From Nemertoderma westbladi (Eukaryota > Animalia > Xenacoelomorpha), in contig JAUCBJ010000368.1 of NCBI GenBank assembly GCA_032718475.1, forward strand, positions 59,861-123,860: a stretch of DNA of 64,000 bases, in the 5' to 3' direction. The first letter of the stretch is position 1, and every line of letters starts with the position of its first letter. Position numbers and translations under genes: made by a program. Positions 58,636 to 64,000 of the stretch are shown piece by piece. A model generated the notes under the pieces. That model ran no database searches and was not told where the DNA came from. It saw only the letters and a list, made by a program, of their open reading frames with translations.

Positions 58636-61600
58636 GACCCCAATACGGGTATCGGACCGAGGGCCTCCGAAGCAATGTGACCCTAATACGGGTATCGGAC
58701 CGAGGGCCTCCGAAGCAATGTGACCCTAATACGGGTATCGGACCAACGGCCTCCGAAACAATGTGAACCCAATACGGGTATCGGACCCACGTCCAACGAA
58801 GCAATGTGAACCCAATACGGGTATCGGACCCACGTCAAACGAAGCAATGTGAACCCAATACGGGTATCGGACCAACGGCCTCCGAAACAATGTGAACCCA
58901 ATACGGGTATCGGACCCACGTCCAACGAAGCAATGTGAACCCAATACGGGTATCGGACCCACGGCCAACGAAGCAATGTGAACCCAATACGGGTATCGGA
59001 CCAACGGCCTCCGAAACAATGTGAACCCAATACGGGTATCGGACCCACGTCCAACGAAGCAATGTGAACCCAATATGGGTATCGGACCCACGGCCTCTGA
59101 AGCAATAACCCAATACGGGTATCGGACCAACGGCCTCCGAAGCATGTGACCCCAATACGGGTATGGAACCCACGGCCTCCGAAGCAATAACCCAATACGG
59201 GTATCGGACCCACGTCCAACGAAGCAATGTGAACCCAATACGGGTATTGGACCCACGGCCAACGAAGCAATGTGACCCCAATACGGGTATCGGACCAACG
59301 GCTTCCGAAGCAATGTGAACCCAATACGGGTATCGGACCCACGTCCAACGAAGCAATGTGAAACCAATACGGGTATCGGACCCACGGCCAACGAAGCAAT
59401 GTGAAACCAATACGGGTATCGGACCCACGGCCAACGAAGCAATGTGAAACCAATACGGGTATCGGACCCACGGCCAACGAAGCAATGTGAACCCAATACG
59501 GGTATCGGACCAACGGCCTCCGAAGCATGTGACCCCAATACGGGTATGGGACCCACGGCCTCCGAAGCAATAACCCAATACGGGTATCGGACCCACGGCC
59601 AACGAAGCAATGTGAACCCAATACGGGTATCGGACCCACGGCCTCTGAAGCAATGTGAACCCAATACGGGTATCGGACCCACGGCCAACAAAGCAATGTG
59701 AACCCAATACGGGTAACGGACCAACGGCCAACGAAGCAATGTGAACCCAATACGGGTATCGGACCCACAGCCAACGAAGCAATGTGAACCCAATACGGGT
59801 ATCGGACCCACGGCCTCCGAAACAATGTGAACCCAATACGGGTATCGGACCCACGGCCAACGAAGCAATGTGAACCCAATACGGGTATCGGACCCACGGC
59901 CTCCGAAACAATGTGAACCCAATACGGGTATCGGATCCACGGCCTCCGAAGCAATGTGAACCCAATACGGGTATCGGACCCACGTCCAACGAAGCAATGT
60001 GAACCCAATACGGGTATCGGACCAACGGCTTCCGAAGCAATGTGAACCCAATACAGGTATCGGACCCACAGCCTCCGAAACAATGTGAAACCAATACGGG
60101 TATCGGACCCACGGCCAACGAAGCAATGTGAACCCAATACGGGTATCGGACCCACGGCCTCCGAAGCAATGTGAACCCAATACGGGTATCGGACCCACTG
60201 CCAACGAAGCAATGTGAACCCAATACGGGTAACGGACCCACGGCCAACGAAGCAATGTGAACCCAATACAGGTATCGGACACACGGCCTCTGAACCAATG
60301 TGAACCCAATACGGGTATCGGACCAACGGCCTCCGAAGCAATGTAAACCCAATACGGGTATCGGACACACGGCCTCCGAAGCAATGTGAACCCAATATGG
60401 GTATTGGACCCACGGCCAACGAAGCAATGTGAACCCAATACGGGTATCGGACCCACGGCCTCCGAAGCAATGTGAACCCAATACGGGTATCGGACCCACA
60501 GCCAACGAAGCAATGTGAACCCAAAACGTGTATCGGACCCACGTCCAACGAAGCAAAGTGAACCCAATACGGGCATCAGACCCACGTCCAACGAAGCAAT
60601 GTGACCCCAATACGGGTATCGGACCAACGGCCTCCGAAACAATGTGAACCCAATACGTGTATCGGACCCACGGCCTCCGAAACAATGTGAACCCAATACG
60701 GGTATCGGACCCACGTCCAATGAAACAATGTGAACCCAATACGGGTATCGGACCCACGGCCTCCAAAATAATGTGAACCCAATACGGGTATCGGACCCAC
60801 GGCCTCCGAAGCAATGTGAACCCAATACGGGTATCGGACACACGGCCTCCGAAGCAATGTGAACCCAATATGGGTATCGGACCCACGGCCAACGAAGCAA
60901 TGTGAACCCAATACGGGTATCGGACCCACGGTCTCCGAAGCAATGTGAACCCAATACGGGTATCGGACCCACAGCCTCCGAAGCAATGTGAACCCAATAC
61001 GGGTATCGGACCCATGGCCAACGAAGCAATGTGAACCCAATACGGGTATCGGACCCACGGCCTCCGAAGCAATGTGAACCCAATACGGGTATCGGACCCA
61101 CGGCCTCCGAAGCAATGTGAACCCAATACGGGTATCGGACCCACGGCCTCCGAAGCAATGTGAACCCAATACGGGTATCGGACCCACGGCCTCCGAAGCA
61201 TGTGACCCCAATACGGGTATCGGACCCACGGCCAACGAAGCAATGTGAACCCAATGCGGGTATCGGACCCACGGCCTCCGAAGCAATGTGACCCCAATAC
61301 TGGGTATCGGACCCACGGCCTCTGAAGCAATGTGAACCCAATACGGGTATCGGACCCACGGCCAACGAAGCAATGTGAACCCAATACGGGTATCGGACCC
61401 ACGGCCTCCGAAGCAATGTGAACCCAATACGGGTATCGGACCCACGGCCAGCGAAGCAATGTGAACCCAATACGGGTATCGGACCCACGGCCTCCAAAGC
61501 AATGTGAACCCAATACGGGTATCGGACCCACGGCCTCCGAAGCAATGTGAACCCAATATGGGTATCGGACCCACGGCCTCCGAAGCAATGTGAACCCAAT

Positions 61601-62417
61601 ACGGGTATCGGACCCACGGCCTCCGAAGCAATGTGAACCCAATACGGGTATCGGACCCACGGCCTCCGAAGCAATGTTAACCCAATACGGGTATCAGACC
61701 CACGGCCTCCGAAGCAATGTGAACCCAATACGGGTATCGGACCCACGGCCTCCGAAGCATGTGACCCCAATACGGGTATGGGACCCACGGCCTCCGAAGC
61801 AATGTGAACCCAATACGGGTATCGGACCCACGGCCAACGAAGCAATGTGAACCCAATACGGGTATCGGACCCACGGCCTCTGAAGCAATGTGAACCCAAT
61901 ACGGGTATCGGACCCACGGCCTCCGAAGCAATGTGAACCCAATACGGGTAACGGGTATCGGACCCACGGCCAACGAAGCAATGTGAACCCAATACGGGTA
62001 TCGGACCCACGGCCTCCGAAGCAATGTGAACCCAATACGGGTATCGGACCCACGGCCAACGAAGCAATGTGAACCCAATACGGGTATCGGACCCACGGCC
62101 TCTGAAGCAATGTGAACCCAATACGGGTATCGGACCCACGGCCTCCGAAGCAATGTGAACCCAATACGGGTATCGGACCCACGGCCTCCAAAATAATGTG
62201 AACCCAATACGGGTATCGGACCCACGGCCTCTGAAGCAATGTGAACCCAATACGGGTATCGGACCCACGGCCTCCGAAGCAATGTGAACCCAATACGGGT
62301 ATCGGACCCACGGCCAACGAAGCAATGTTAACCCAATACGGGTATCGGACCCACGGCCTCTGAAGCAATGTGAACCCAATACGGGTATCGGACCCACGGC
62401 CTCCGAAGCAATGTGAA
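58636..62417. repeat. 43-bp minisatellite (GAACCCAATACGGGTATCGGACCCACGGCCTCCGAAGCAATGT), about 88 copies
   Basis: Head-to-tail units with a few recurring variants and no unique spacers. Confidence 0.97.
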
Positions 62418-64000
62418 TGCAATGCAACCACCACACCAATGGAGCACCCAGTCGAGCACTACTTCGACTCGAGGCCTTGTATTTATAGATCGCCAAGGTA
62501 GTAGTTACAAACGGCTACTTTTTACAGATATACAGTACATATACAGTACCAATGTAACAACGTACAGCTACAATATGCAAATCAATTTTTAAAAACAAAA
62601 ATTCACAATATTATAGTAAACTACATATGACAGATAGTAATTCCCATTCCCATTCACTGTAGGCTTATCATGCACTGTACATCAACCTGTATACAGTAGT
62701 ATATATTTATTTATTTGTGTGGAATTAATTTCGCACTACCAAATCTCTAGGGCGACATATATCGCAGTAGGTGTATATATAATATATAAATATTATATAG
62801 TATCCCTGCAAACCACCAACGTTAATCTAACGTTGGGTTTATGTTAGACATTTGTTAAAAAATTACAGTTAGAATTTAACCATAAACCTACGTTAAAATA
62901 CGTTAGAATTCTGTCAATTTTTAACGTTAATTTTTTACAGTAAATATACGTCAAAAATAGACAAATATCTGACAATACCATATTTTTTAATGTTACTTTA
63001 ATGTAAATTTTTAACGGTAATTTTTTACTGTATTTATTTTTTTTATTTTTATTTTTTTTTAAGAACATGTACAAAATTTATTATTATTTCCATGGTAAAT
63101 CATTACTGTATTTATACGTTAAAAATCAACAGAGATCTGACATTTCCAAATTTGTTAACGTTAACTTTTAACGTTCATTATTAACGTTAATTTAGCATTA
63201 ATATACGTCAGATTTTAACAATGATTTAGTGAATCACTTAACTGATTCATCAATGGATAACATTGGCTATGTCTGGCCATCCGATGACTTTAATCATTTC
63301 GTATTTTGTTAAATTTTTATGATACTTGTGTAATTTTTTAAATATTATTTTTAAATATTTTCCTTACTTGTCAGCATCTGTGTACCAGTAACAAGCGTAC
63401 AGTATAATCATTAGCCAGGGCACAAATTTTATTGACAATTCCATCTTTATTTTCATAACGTTTTGACTTTTATTAAATAATTTTATTGAAGATTATATAT
63501 CGATAAATAACAAAATGGTTTTAGCGACGAAATGTTCAGAAGACGAAAAAAGCTAATTTAGAAACTAACTTTGTATGGAATGCGAAATTATTTGAAGTGA
63601 CAAACGAAACGAGACTTACTTTGGGCCGTGGACCCAATTACGGTTACCAAGAGTTACAGTAACTGACTACCACATATATTTACAAATCGAGAAACTTGAT
63701 CAACACGATTCCTATTTTATCGGCAATACCAGTCTTATATTCTACCAGGAGATAGAGCTTAATTACATCGCGATAAACAGTAAGAATTTGACCGTATCTG
63801 ATGGCATTGTATCACATATTCATTATTATGATAACATGAAAGTGGTCTCCCGAATCGAATGGAAATGACTCCGTCTTTAAACAATTTTTCACCCCAGTCT
63901 TTTGTTGCGCCTGTTTAGGTAGCCACGTAAAAATTACACTTGTTCTGCGATGTCGTTTTGGATATTTACAATATACCTTTACTTCGCGTGTTGTAAACTT

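Noticed and set aside
58636-62417. CRISPR array or giant repeat protein (ORFs of 621-1256 aa)
   Set aside because: Units are head-to-tail without unique spacers, there are no cas genes, and the context is eukaryotic. All three minus frames are open simply because the 43-bp unit lacks stops.

Overview
Eukaryotic (metazoan, probably invertebrate) genomic DNA, rich in transposons and satellites; no prokaryotic operon, CRISPR array, rRNA or tRNA is visible. Main contents: (1) the 3' part of a Mutator/MULE-type transposase (1-1440); (2) a recent 11.8-kb BEL/Pao LTR retrotransposon (2412-14245, TSD GTTGC) inserted into a 10-bp satellite. It has a very long repeat-rich gag, a perfect 23-bp hairpin at the gag/pol frame break, a palindromic tandem array and an extra 169-aa ORF. 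A related solo LTR lies at 25426-26105. (3) A minus-strand multi-exon gene with PH-like exons and a smoothelin/SPECC1-type CH domain (about 16940-35790). (4) A complete 7-exon LDLRAP1/ARH gene on the minus strand (41307-51379, 408 aa by my splicing). (5) CR1/L2, RTE and CRE-like LINE remnants, several MITEs and nested TIR elements, and several large minisatellites. The most striking observation is that two consecutive LDLRAP1 introns are largely made of about 33 and about 40 tandem copies of the upstream exon end plus its 5' splice site, i.e. arrays of decoy splice donors. Two other satellites also start just inside 5' intron ends. All calls come from reading the sequence by eye; no database search was run.
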